From the NCBI GenBank assembly GCA_043228905.1, contig JBHGNT010000011.1, positions 4,030,001-4,094,000 of the forward strand: a DNA stretch of 64,000 nucleotides, read 5' to 3'. A model generated the notes under the pieces. It was not told the DNA's origin. It searched no databases and worked only from the letters and a program-made list of their open reading frames with translations. Source of the DNA: Azolla caroliniana (lineage: Eukaryota; Plantae; Polypodiophyta). Below, in pieces: positions 10,118-21,534 of the stretch. The position numbers and the translations under genes are program-made. The first letter of the stretch is position 1, and each line of letters begins with the position of its first letter.

Positions 10118-10159
10118 CCTGGCACGCCTGTGGGACAGTGCCATGGCACGTCAAACCCA
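10118..10159 (-). other. tRNA-Arg 3'-end-like motif at the position normally held by the PPT (element C)
   Basis: Sense strand TGGGTTTGA-CGTGCCATGGCACT-GTCCCACAGGCGTGCCA-GG|LTR, with no purine run next to the LTR. Confidence 0.7.
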
Positions 10160-10199
10160 TCCCTTGACTCTTCCAAAATGCCTCGGATGTTTGGCTCTG

Positions 10200-12106
10200 C
10201 TACGGCGTCCGCGTCCAGGACGGCGTAGGGCCCGTATGTGCATCGTGGTGTGCTTCCCCTGTTTGGTCAGGAGGGCTTCTCATGGTGTCACGATCGTCCT
10301 GTGTGGGTGGTCCGGGTTCTATGGGCTCTTCGTGGGCTAGGGGGTTGGGGTTAGCCGACAGCGGGCTTGCGGTTGGACGCGGCTCTATCGCATCCGTCAC
10401 TTCCTCCATGGTGTTGGCCGTCGATGTACGCTTTGGGGAGTGGGGTTGCGGTTCCGTTTGGTCCGCAACATTCTCCCTGTGGTCGGCCGATAGCGTATGC
10501 TCTGGTACAAGGGGTTCCTCTTGGGCAAAGGTTACGCTATCTGGTATGGTGGGGGACTCCACTCGCTGTTCCGCGCTGTTCACCGTAGTTCTTATTTTTG
10601 GTGACCTGGCCTAAGGTTCCTCTTCTTCGGCAATATCCGGAATTGGTGTCGCGACGGGTCCCTCATATGTTCGTGTGCTGCCGGTTTGCGTGATCTGGTG
10701 AAACAGATCCTCCTAACTTTCACCAAAATCATCTAATAACTACGCGAGTTCTTCAGAATGTTGGTCCGCTAGGACGCGATAGTCTTGCGCTAGGTCCTCG
10801 CATACTGCCGCAATGCTCTCCTCATTGAGTTCGTAGAAGCTTCGGCCGTCTTTTCTTTGGTTCTCCCCGTCCACACGATACGCATGCAATTCCGCCGCTT
10901 GGGCTACCCATGCCATCCATCCGTTGTCCAACGTTGTAAACCTCTCCCGATTGGTTTGTAGAAGGATACACGTTATTTGTGATGGCCTGGCAACGGTTGC
11001 GTGCTTCTTCCACTCACTTCTTGAGGTTTGCGATTTCTTGCTGACTAACTGCCGCTGCTTCTTCATACGTGCTCTTCATACCCACCCACAACTGGGATTC
11101 CTTCGCATGTAATTCTTCTAATTTCCCCATTTCATTGTTTAGGCGGATTTCGAGCTGATGCCTTCTTTCTTGTTCGCCCACTAGCTGATCGTCGAACCAT
11201 GCCTTCTTTTTCTCCAATAACGCCCGAAGTCCCGCGATTGGCGCTTCCGATTTCTTTGCTTCCTCCCATAATTGGGCATTTTCTTCTTTTGTCCGGGTGT
11301 GTTGTGCTGTCTCCACAACAAGTTTCTCTTCAAGGGTTTTACTGCCTTTCGGCCGTTGGCCTAGATGTCCTTTTCCTTGTCTGAGGACTGGCGAAGTTCA
11401 ACGTGGAGGCGGTCAATTTCTGATTCCGCTAGTTGTACGTCCCTTTTTGCTTTTGAGGCAATGGCGGTCTGAGCCTCAATCTCTTCCTTCAAGGCTTCAA
11501 TGGCGTGGTTTGGTGGTGGAGTTGCATGTTGTGCCGTAGTCGCGTTAGTTTCCAACTCCGCGATGCGTTCGTTGGCTTTTTGCAGCTCGGCTTGGGTCAG
11601 TTTCAGCTTCTTCCAGACATTCTTATTTTTAATGGCCATCTCCTTGGTGCCCATGCTGACCTTTGCTAGTTCCCTATGGACTTCGACCAGGGCCGTGTTT
11701 AATGGGGGTAGTTCCATCCCCATTCGGCGTATCCTGGCGTTCCTCCGTCTACCGACTCTGGCTAACTCGTCCTCATCAACGCTCTCCGCCGCTGTGTTAA
11801 GGCGCACTCGATCAGCTGGCGCTCTGCGTGCTCCTCGGCCATTCCGTGTGAGGCCTTTATCTGTTGCATTACCAAGAATTCGATGAGCTGAAAAGAGGTT
11901 TCGTACTGGAAGAGTGCACTGAACTCATGGGCCGTGTCTGGGATATCCGGATATGCCAAAACCTCGCTTTCCGCCGTCAATACGGCTTTCCCTCGTTGTG
12001 ACTGGGCCGTAATGATTGGCCATGGCTCCCGGATTATTTCGAAGGTGGTGTTGGGCTCCGTGGCTGCGGAGCCGTCACCTTCAGCCGTTGTCTCCGCTGC
12101 CGTGGG
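10200..12106 (-). pseudogene. C-terminal coiled-coil part of element C extra ORF
   Basis: E/K/Q/A-rich heptad fragments (11361-11807, 11014-11316). WMAWVAQAAEL...CEDLAQDYRVLADQH aligns by eye with WWTKWATNAAEL...RDELAEDFQALADDQ of ORF 12583-15525. Confidence 0.75.
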
Positions 12107-12111
12107 TACGT

Positions 12112-12530
12112 TGTTATTCGCTAGCCGGACAAGGCCTAACACAAGGTGTCACGGAGACACTTCACCAAAGGGTGATTACGGCATAGGATTAAGATTCAAC
12201 GATTACACCGACTTACGTAGGTTACACGATTAGAGTGCTTTGGTTAATTACACGCGTAAGATATAACAGTAATTACAGAACGGAAATCAACACAGAAGTA
12301 TAAACATCATAAGCTCTATTAATTATCCGCTGCGATTACAATGGGGTCCGGGCCTTTAAATAGGTTTCCGGCCCGTAGTACAAAACGGTGCCTCTCGCAC
12401 CTATTCGGGATCCGTCCGGATCTGGAACGGCATACCGTTTCCAGTCCGTCCGTCCACACTATGCTCATTTACAACCGTATTTAATTAATTCCTTCACTCC
12501 GTATTTTGGACTCCTTGCCGGCCGGTAACA
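12112..12530 (-). repeat. 3' LTR of element B
   Basis: 419 bp, TGTTA...TAACA, copy at 21535-21954. Confidence 0.97.
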
Positions 12531-12570
12531 CATGGCATGCCCGTGGGACAGTACCTTGTACGTCGAACCC
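12531..12570 (-). other. tRNA-Arg 3'-end-like motif at the position normally held by the PPT (element B)
   Basis: Sense strand GGGTTCGA-CGTACAAGGTACT-GTCCCACGGGCATGCCA-TG|LTR, with no purine run next to the LTR. Confidence 0.72.
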
Positions 12571-12582
12571 TTCTCGGCCCCT

Positions 12583-15525
12583 TCATTGTTCACCCAAATT
12601 GTCCAAAATACTTTGTTCCAGAATTTCCACTTGTTCTTCCGGTTGTGGTTGTTGCGGCTGTGCTTGCTGTTGCTGCTGCTGTGGTTGCGGTTGGGCCTGA
12701 GGCTGCTCCGGCTGCTCTGCTTGCTGCTGCTGCTCCGTTTGTTTCTCTGACTCCGGCTGCTCCGTTTGTCTCTCTGACTCCGGCATCTCCGTTTGACTGC
12801 TTCCGGTCCGGTCTCCTTCCAGTAATGGTTCCTCATCACTGAGGTTGACCGTAACCGGTTCTCGTGCTTTCTCTTCCCGGATCCGGGACCTCTCGTAGCT
12901 TTCAAACTGGATCTGCGCCTCCAGCCTGTCGTCGTCCAGCTGAGCTACAAGTTGCCGGACTTGCCCTAGTTGGTCATCTGCCAAGGCTTGAAAGTCCTCA
13001 GCCAGCTCATCTCTTATGCCAGTGAAGTCTTCGGAAGTCAGCATATAGCAATCATCTCCCTCCTTCCGCCGGTTCTCTACGTCGGCCCGGAGCAATTGGA
13101 GTTCCGCCGCGTTCGTGGCCCACTTGGTCCACCATTTGACGGAATCGTTGTCAATCAAGCTCTTGGTCTGGTTCAACCAGGCCCGCATGATATCCTGGAT
13201 ACGACTTGCTCCCATTTGCGCTCTACTTTCCACAACTTGGCGTTCCTCCTTCAACTGCTTGATGAGATTAGCCGTATCCTCCGCCTGCTCTCTGTAGCGC
13301 GTCAGCTGCCCTTGATATGTTGTTTGCAGCCTCTGCAGTACCTCCGCCGCTCTTTCTTTTTCCGCCTGCTGTTGCCTGAGGAGCTCTGTCCGAACCTTCT
13401 CCGCCTCTTCCAACCGTCTTCTGGTTTCCGCTTGTTCCTTAGCGTATGCCGTTGCGGTCCGATCAACTGCTTGCCGGAGCTCATCTGTCCGTTCCTTGTG
13501 CTCCGTTTGCAACCGTTTATACTCCCGGTGCAAGTGCTCAAATTCCTCCGTTTTTTGTTTGAGCTTGCCGTTGATCTGGCGCTGGTTCCGGTCCTCCCGG
13601 TCCTTTACCTGCCGGAGTTCCTCTTTCAGGCGCTCTACTTCTGTTTCGGCGTTCCTCCGGAGCCTGTCCTTCTCTTGCAGCATTTTCTCCTTCTCCTCCT
13701 TGAGCCGGTCGTACGCTTGGTGGCCTTTCCGTAAGCTCTCCTCGGCCCGGCGTAGATTCTCAGCAGTCTTTTTGAGTCCTGCCTCCGCTACCGTCTTCAA
13801 TTCTCTTTCGCGGCTCCTCAGCGCTTCTTGGGCAGCTAGCTCATCCTTTAAATCCGCAAGCTCTTGGGCTTGTGCCGCATTTCTCTCCGGAACGGTTTCC
13901 GTTGCTGGGGTCTGGTTGCTATGTACAGGTTGATCTGACGCCTTATTCTGTACATTGCCCGGAGTCACCGGTGCTTGGACTTGTGTTGTCAAAGCGAATT
14001 GAGCCATTTCCCTTGTGACCCTGTCCAAGTCTTGTTCAAGGCTCCGGATTCTGGACCGGGCCATCTCCAGATCTACAGTTGTGACGAGCAACCGTTCGTG
14101 GTGCGCTCTCTCCTCCGCCTCCATGTACTCGACCACTCCGGCGATTTGCTCGCCAACCCACCGTAGCCACATGCTACTGGTGCCTTGCTGCTGTACTGGT
14201 CCTACTCCTTGGCCGCCGTGTGTCCTGGCTGGGCTCGCCGGCTGTTGAGTTCCTGTTCTCGCCGTCTCCGGAGCCGTTGGAATGACTTCTGGTATAGAAG
14301 TCGACAAGGCCGGTTCTACACGCACCGGTTCCGGTTCCTCCCTTGTGGTCTGCTCAGGTTGAGTTGGGGACGTTTCTTCCTCTTGCGGGTACGAACGCTC
14401 CCCCGCTGTCCCGGCGGTCCTACTTCTTGACCGTCGTTGGAGGTGCTCTTCTGGCTCCTCCGTTTCCTCTTCCTGGGTAACGGCCTGTTTCCGTGCCGTC
14501 AAGGGTTCCGGTTCCTTCTGTCCCGGTCGCCGTATGGTTATCTTAACGGGTCCCACCGGTGACACCTCCTCCGGTTCTGGGAGCCGTTTCTTCCCTTTCG
14601 TCGCCTTCGACGCCAGCAGCTGCTGTCGTTTGGACGCGGGTTTGGAAGTGCTTCCTTCCAATAATCTTGGCCGCTTCTTTGGCTGAACGGTCTCGACCGG
14701 CGGCACGAGCAATGTTATCCACTGCGCTACGGCATGCCACAGCTTCCGGCCCTCCTTGCCGTCCTTTCCTCGTACCATGTCGATTGCTGCGCACAAACCG
14801 TCTGCAATCAACACCGGCCAGTCCACCTGGATCCCTTCATAGGTGGCTATGATCATCCCTGCCCGATTTTTTGGCATGACAGGGGGTCGGGGGTACACGT
14901 GGTCGTACTCATGGAGCACTCGAGCTATCTCCCTGAACAACGGATCTTCGCCGCCCTGTGTTCGATAGCCTTTGCCGGCTACAGAGTACTCACCGAAATA
15001 TCGGGTGAGTTGCTCCGAGGTTGGATTATCAATCTGAAAAATACCTCCCTCCGGAAGGCCTGTTAGCGCACGGATCGCTTCCTCGGTGATGACTTCTTTG
15101 TCGAGCTCTTTGATGACCTGGTCGCCTTCTTTGTGCGGTGGTGCCTCCATGATGGTCAAGAACCCGTCCAGTCCGTGTTGCCTGAACCATTTCCTAGCCG
15201 CTTCCGACAGCGTTTGTGGTTCCATGTCTGCTTCGAGGTCGAGGAAAGATGGCGAGGTAGAGTGGTGATGAGAGTGAGAGCGAGAGAGAGAGCGTTCTGA
15301 ACGCGGGGGTTCTCTGAGTGGAGGTTCGCGTTTGCTAAGTTTCCACTGCCTTGGTGCTTCTGTGCTTCTTGGCTCGCGAAAAAAGAAGGTCTCCATGTGC
15401 TCTTCTTTTTCTCTGTGCGTCTTGGCGCCTTTTTCGAGCATGCGCACGTCGTGTACCGATTTAGTATTAAGTAACGTGGCGGCTCTTAAATGCCCACTAC
15501 GTACCTTTTCGCTCCTTGCTTTCAC
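12583..15525 (-). CDS. Extra 3' ORF of element B: N-terminal plant-transposon/PMD-like domain, long coiled coil, Q/P/E-rich tail; function unknown
   Basis: 980-codon open frame downstream of integrase on the same strand. Homologous decayed copies in C (21960-22725) and G (47799-48240). True start is probably MEPQTL near 15225. Confidence 0.8.
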   Translation of the reverse strand: MKARSEKVRSGHLRAATLLNTKSVHDVRMLEKGAKTHREKEEHMETFFFREPRSTEAPRQWKLSKREPPLREPPRSERSLSRSHSHHHSTSPSFLDLEADMEPQTLSEAARKWFRQHGLDGFLTIMEAPPHKEGDQVIKELDKEVITEEAIRALTGLPEGGIFQIDNPTSEQLTRYFGEYSVAGKGYRTQGGEDPLFREIARVLHEYDHVYPRPPVMPKNRAGMIIATYEGIQVDWPVLIADGLCAAIDMVRGKDGKEGRKLWHAVAQWITLLVPPVETVQPKKRPRLLEGSTSKPASKRQQLLASKATKGKKRLPEPEEVSPVGPVKITIRRPGQKEPEPLTARKQAVTQEEETEEPEEHLQRRSRSRTAGTAGERSYPQEEETSPTQPEQTTREEPEPVRVEPALSTSIPEVIPTAPETARTGTQQPASPARTHGGQGVGPVQQQGTSSMWLRWVGEQIAGVVEYMEAEERAHHERLLVTTVDLEMARSRIRSLEQDLDRVTREMAQFALTTQVQAPVTPGNVQNKASDQPVHSNQTPATETVPERNAAQAQELADLKDELAAQEALRSRERELKTVAEAGLKKTAENLRRAEESLRKGHQAYDRLKEEKEKMLQEKDRLRRNAETEVERLKEELRQVKDREDRNQRQINGKLKQKTEEFEHLHREYKRLQTEHKERTDELRQAVDRTATAYAKEQAETRRRLEEAEKVRTELLRQQQAEKERAAEVLQRLQTTYQGQLTRYREQAEDTANLIKQLKEERQVVESRAQMGASRIQDIMRAWLNQTKSLIDNDSVKWWTKWATNAAELQLLRADVENRRKEGDDCYMLTSEDFTGIRDELAEDFQALADDQLGQVRQLVAQLDDDRLEAQIQFESYERSRIREEKAREPVTVNLSDEEPLLEGDRTGSSQTEMPESERQTEQPESEKQTEQQQQAEQPEQPQAQPQPQQQQQQAQPQQPQPEEQVEILEQSILDNLGEQ

Positions 15526-15600
15526 ACCCGTTCATACCTCGATTTTTAATGATTTTTTTTATTTTTTTCTATTTTTATTTTTTTATGACGGTATGTGATC

Positions 15601-18600
15601 TTATACATCCGTAGGTCCCTTCGGACCCTTACCGTTTTCTTTACGGGTTGCCGTGTCTTCCTTTGCCTCTGCTACGGGTTCCCTGTCGTCTTTTTCTTCC
15701 ATCCGTACCGTTCCCGGACAGGTTCCCGGTATAGTGCCGGTGAGCTGCATAAACGGGTTCTTTGGCATCGGTCCTTTATAGGGCTTTAGTCTAAATCCGT
15801 TCACCCACTTGCCTAGTACTTCACCGGCAAGTGTCCCTATCTGATAGGACCCGTTGTATTCCCGTGTCAGCCAATACGGGCCTGTCCATCTAAACCGGAG
15901 TTTACCCGGCATCTTGCCCATCGTTGTTTGGAATACTAGAACCGGTTTTCCGATTTCGAACATCTTTTCGTTACCTTTCCGGTGACGGTCAACGAACGCT
16001 TTCCGTCGTCGTTGCTCCAGTTCCATGTGTAGGATGTTGGCCAGCCGTTGCTCCTCTAGTTCGCATAGTGCTGCTAGCCGCATTTCCTCCGACTTCTTTT
16101 CATTCAGCCGTTCCCGTAGTTGGATCCGTAAGCTTGGTACCTGAAATTCCACCGGCATGACCGCTTCTAAGCCGAACGCTAACCGGAACGGCGTTGTCCG
16201 GATACTTGTTTTGAATGCCGTTCGGTACGCCCATAGCGCGCTATGGAGCTTTGTATCCCAGTCCGTCCGGTTTTCATTGACGATTTTGCGGAGAATGTTC
16301 TGCAGCGTTTTGTTGGTGGACTCTGCTAATCCGTTCGCTTCTGGGTAGTACGGTGTGCTCCGTTTATGGACCACGGCATAGAACGTTGTTAAGCTTTCCA
16401 CTACCTGGCCGAGGAAGTGCCCTCCTTGGTCGCTGATTAATTCAATCGGACATCCATACCGGCACCAAATGTTCTCGTACAAGAATTTTGCTGTGGATGA
16501 CGCGGTATTGTCTCTCAAGGCCTTAGCCTCCACCCATTTAGTGCAATAATTTGTTGCCACGATGACATAACGATTACCCGTTCTCATTGCCGGTGTCTTG
16601 AACGGTCCGACAAAATCCAACCCCCACTTCTGGAATGGCTCAAGTGGAAGTACCGGTTGGTGTGGCATCCGTGCTTGCTCCGTAGGCTGGCCCATTCGTT
16701 GGCATAGGTCACATTCCTTAGCATACTTGACGGCGTCTTTTAACGTCGTGGGCCACCATAAGCCGCTCTGCCATACTTTCCTTGCCGTCGCTTCCCCGGC
16801 ATAGTGTCCTCCGGCAACCCCACAGTGTGCTTCCCGTAAGATTACTTGTTTCTCGTCACTACGGACTGCCCGTCTCCATATTCCATCTGCTCCTTTGTGG
16901 TAGAGAGTGTCCCGTAACAGACAGAAATTGCGGCTCTGCACCGCCAGTCGTTTCCTCTCGTCCCGGTTCATTTCCTCCGGTGGCAAGCCCGTGCTTAGGA
17001 ACTGGTGCATGTTTGTCAGCCACCTATCTTCTGATACCACCGTGTCGTCCGCTGCCGTTTCCGGGGTGATACGGAATAACTCTGGGTCCGGGAATTCATC
17101 CGCTACTCCGTCGCCTGATTCTCCGGACTCTAACCGGCTCAGGTAGTCTGCTACGGCATGCTGGATACCGGGCCGGTGGAAGATCTCGAATTCGAACTCC
17201 TGCAACAGCAAGGTCCAACGGGCCAACTTACCGGTCAGGGACGCCTTGGACACTAAGTACAGGAGCGCCGAGTGATCCACATGAAAGGAGAACCTAATTC
17301 CCAATAGGTAATGACGAAACTTTGTGACACTGTAGATCATGCCTAGGGCCTCCCGTTCCGTAGTCGAATAGTTCTTCTCCGCTTGGGACAGCTTCCGGCT
17401 GGCGTAATATACCGGCCGGTACCATTTGGGCTCCGTAAGTTGCATTAAGGCGCTGCCGATAGCGATGTCGGAAGCGTCCACGAACACATGAAATTCCTTG
17501 CTCCAATCCGGAGGCTGCACGACGGGTGCTTGCGACAAAAGTACCTTCAGGGCATTGTATGCCTTATCCTCCGTATCCGTCCATTGGAACGGTGTCCGAT
17601 GTACCGCGGTGTGTAATGGTGTAGCCAAGTCAGCCAAGTGACGGAGCATCCAGCTGTGCCACCGGATCTGTCCTAAGAATCGGCTTAGTGCTTTGGCCGT
17701 TTTCGGCGCCGGTGCCCCTAGTATCGTGTTTACTTTGTCCGGGTCGACCGCAATGCCCTCTTTACTTACAATGTGTCCCAGTAAGATTCCACTTGAAACT
17801 CCAAAGATGCATTTTGCTGGGTTTAAGCTTAGCCGGTATAACCTACACTTTTCAAGGCATAACCGTAGGTGCTGCAAATGGTCTTTTCCCCGGCTATAGA
17901 CTGCAAAATCATCCAGGAAAACCTGCATGAAGGCAGGAATGTATTCGCCGAAGATCTCCATGATGATTCGCTGGAAATTTGCTGGTGCCATTTTTAGGCC
18001 GAACATCATTACTTCGGCCACAAACACCCCCCATTCGGTGACGAACGCTGTCTTCTCCTGGTCGTCGGGGTGCATCCGGATTTGATTGTATCCGCTGAAG
18101 CCGTCTAAAAAGCTATAAACTTCATGGCCGGCGACGGCATCCAGTACTCCATCCGTGAACGGAAGAGGGAATGCATCCGTAATTGTGGCGGCATTTAGTT
18201 TCCTGTAATCTACACACACGCGGATTTTACCGTTCTTCTTGGGGACGACGACGATGGGGCTCAGCCACGTCGCTTTCTTTACCAGCCGAATGAAGCCCAC
18301 TCTTAGGAGTTTGTCGATTTCCTCCTTCACTTTGGCGGCGTAGTTGGGGTTCATTCGGTAACGTCTTTGCGCCACTGGTTTCGCGTCCTTGCCTAAGTGG
18401 ATCTGATGCTGATATAATTGAGGGTCCAGCCCTCGCATGTCTTCGTATGACCAGGCGAATACGTCGCGAAACTCCGTGAGAAGTTTGATCATCGCCGCTT
18501 TATCTTCCGGCTTCATTTCTTTGGCGATGTGTACCGGCTTTGATTCGTCCTTGCTTCCTAGGTTCACTTCGTCGAGCTGGGATGCTTTTACCCGTTGGGA

Positions 18601-21483
18601 AACGGCCATTTCCCGTTCCAACGCTTCCTGTGCTTGCCGTAATTCCCGAATCGCATCTTTGTCTGGTTCGGTTTCGGTTTCGTCCCGCTGCGGCAAGTAT
18701 GGCGCTACGGCTTCAGCCACGTCAATCTCGAAGAGTGGTACGATCTTCGGGTGTTCCTCCAAGTACTGGGCTTCTTCGTCGTCTGCCAACCCTTCAAGCA
18801 TGTTCACGCATTCCGCATATAGCGGTGTGCATTCCTTACCGTTGCTTGTCCGTGGTTGTGTCGGTACCCGGACCTTGGCTTTTCCGCGCCGGAAGGTAAT
18901 CATATTTTTCCGCCAATTTTGCTTGATGTGTGCTGTTTTCAACCATGGTCTGCCCAGCAACAGTGGGTACGCGCCTTGCGCCTGTAGCTGCAGCACTACC
19001 GCCGAGATGTGAAATGTGTGACCTCCTATGGTGACTTCCAATTGCCGTATTAAGCCCGTCGGCCGTACAGAGCTCGTATCCGCCATCCGTAGCCAGAACG
19101 GACATGGCTCCCATTCATGTATACCCAAGGCCTCACACGTGCAGAGGCTTATTACGTTCACCCCGGAACCTCCATCGATTACTGTGCCGGGAAGTTCGTG
19201 CCCTTTGACAATAGCTGTAATCACCGGACTGCTAGTGTCCACCACCGTCGGTCCCTCCTCCGGATTCGAGAAGAGGACTGGTGCCGGTGGGGCTATACCG
19301 TCTGTCATGCCCGTTTTTAGTCCTTCCGTAAATCGCGGCACGAGCTGCAAGAGTCTTCCTAACGGCAACGTGATCTGACATTCTTGCAGTGCTTGCCATG
19401 TCTCGTTTTCTGGGTGGCTACCGCCGGCACTCCCTATGGTATTCGCCTTTTGCCGTTCCGTGTCCGCGACGTTCCTTTCATTGGCTTCCTTCACCCATTC
19501 CGTCGCCTGTTTTCGTATGGCCTCTTGTGTTTCCCATTCTTTGGCCATGCCTTTCGACCGTGTGGTTACTTGCTGTATATCCGCCACTTCCGGAACCACC
19601 ATATTAACTGTTGGTCGTTTCTCGTAGCTCTTTACCGGGCACTGGTTACTGTAGTGGCCTTCCTGCCTGCAGTAGTAGCAGTACTCTTTACGGGTATTGC
19701 TGGATTCAGCATTGCTGGTAGCCGGAGTCGGTCCCGTAGTGAGTGGTGCGTTCTGTGCCGGTTGGCTCCTTGGGGTTCCATGTTCCGGGTTCCTAGGGTG
19801 ACCACCTTTCTTGAAATTACGTTTCCTATTATTCTTATTTTTATTTCGGTAGTCCGGTCGTGGTGGATCGTAAAATCGGCCGTAGTCCTCCTGGTGCCTT
19901 CGGTAACCAGGGGAATGGTCTCTGTCGTATTGCTCGTGTCGTCTGTTGGACTCCCGATAACGGTCCGATCGCTCATACCGGTCGTAGTTATCATGCCGAT
20001 TCCCGTACCGGCCATCATTCTCTTGTCTGTCTTCGTACCGGACATCCTGTGCCGGTCGGTACCGGTTCATTTTTTGCCAACGATCTTCCTCTTCGTCTCG
20101 GCTGCTTCTTGGCTCGATCCGTCGGACGGGTGGTGCTTGTCGGTTTAACAGGTTATACTCGCACCGGTCTGTTGTATGACTCTTGGATTGACAAATCACA
20201 CACTGGGTTCGCATGGTGCACTCCACTGCCGAGTGTCCGGCATTCAAGCAGATTGTGCATTGAATTGCCTGCCGGAACCGGAGATCTTCCTCGGTGGGTA
20301 ACGCCCGTTGCAGTGTTCCCAGTGTAAGCCATGAGCTTGACTTTTCCATTTCTCTGACCCGGTCAATGACCTGGTCAATGGTGCTTCCTCGAAAGTCGAT
20401 TACCGTACACACCGTGCGTAACGGTTCCCGAAGTGCGTTTAAAAATATCGTCCGTAATTCCTCCTCCGGGGGTGCACGGGCAAGCTGGCTATGCATTCGT
20501 TGGAAACGGATGACGAATTGGGGAATGCTTTCCCCTGCCTCCTGTCGGATCGTATAAAACAGGCCCACCATTGTCGTCTGGTCGACCTCCTTGTGGAAAA
20601 AATGCAAGAATTTTGCTTTTAATTCTGCAAAGGTTGTGATGGTCGCCGGGTCCTGCGTCCGCCGCCATCGTGTCGCTGGTCCTTCCAACGTGACCCCGAA
20701 TTCCGCTATCTTCGAGCGTTCTTCTTCCTCCGGTGTCATTCGCTGGGATGTGTGATTTGCTTCTCATGTCTGCTCGAAGGCATGAACATGCGCTTCCGCA
20801 TCCGGATCATCGCGATACTTTGAGTATTGGAACGGCATGTCGTCGTCCAGTATTAGGCCGCGGTTTAGTGGCGTTTGTTGATATCTTTCCGGTTTTCTCT
20901 GCGGTTCCACTTCCGGTTCTTTTGCCGGTGCTTTTTCCGGTTCCTTTTCCGGTTCTTCTTCCAGTTCCTTCACCGGCTCTTCTTACGGTATCTTTGCCGG
21001 CTCTTTCGTTGGTGTCGGTGGCTTTGCTTCTTCCGCTTCCGGTGTTGGTGGGTTGACGGCTTCCGTTTGCGGTTCCGGATAGCCCTGGTCGAGCGGTTCC
21101 GGTTCTGGAGTCGGCACGGTATTCGACCCGTCGTCCTCCGGGCCGCCGGGGGTATCGTTGTTGCGCCGGTAGTTCGTGTGCACGCTATATCCCCCTTCGG
21201 AATCCGATTCGTAGGCTGAAAAGGCTTCTGCCTCGTTTTCTCCGCTTGCCAGCGCCTCCAGGAGACGTTCGGTTTCCCGGAGACTACTTAGACTGCTTCC
21301 GTCGTCCTGGTCGCGAGTTTGCCGTAACCGAAGAGATTCCTCCGCGACTCTCCGGATCTCGTTGGAGAACGAACGATCCGAGCGAATTTCGTGCGCTGCT
21401 TGCTGGAAAGTCTCACGCCGTCTTTGCCGTTTGGCGAGGCGCCGAGCTCGGTCTGTAACCAAGTCGTGCGTTGGTCTAGTCAT
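15601..21483 (-). CDS. Single-frame Gag-Pol of element B (two zinc knuckles, CCHC, PR, RT, RNase H, IN) with two in-frame stops in 5' gag
   Basis: ORFs 20983-21483, 20764-20973 and 15601-20739 share one frame. Motifs CYYCRQEGHYSNQC, VIDGGSGVN, FLDD, VDAS, HHCC, WGLDF/SDQG/GLAE and WTGPY. Stops are TAA 20985-20983 and TGA 20766-20764. Confidence 0.93.
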
Positions 21484-21534
21484 CCATTACCGTCGTTCGC
21501 TGCGAGAAAGCAGGAATCGTGGTCGCCAAAACTG

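Noticed and set aside
12970-14430. Antisense ORFs over the coiled-coil ORF and over the gag-pol genes
   Set aside because: Shadow frames of codon-biased sense ORFs, with no independent motifs.
20764-20985. Two in-frame stops in element B gag as programmed readthrough sites
   Set aside because: TGA aligns with TGG (Trp) in relative G, and TAA sits in an E/P/K repeat where GAA is expected. Neither has a CARYYA context, so point mutations are the simpler explanation.
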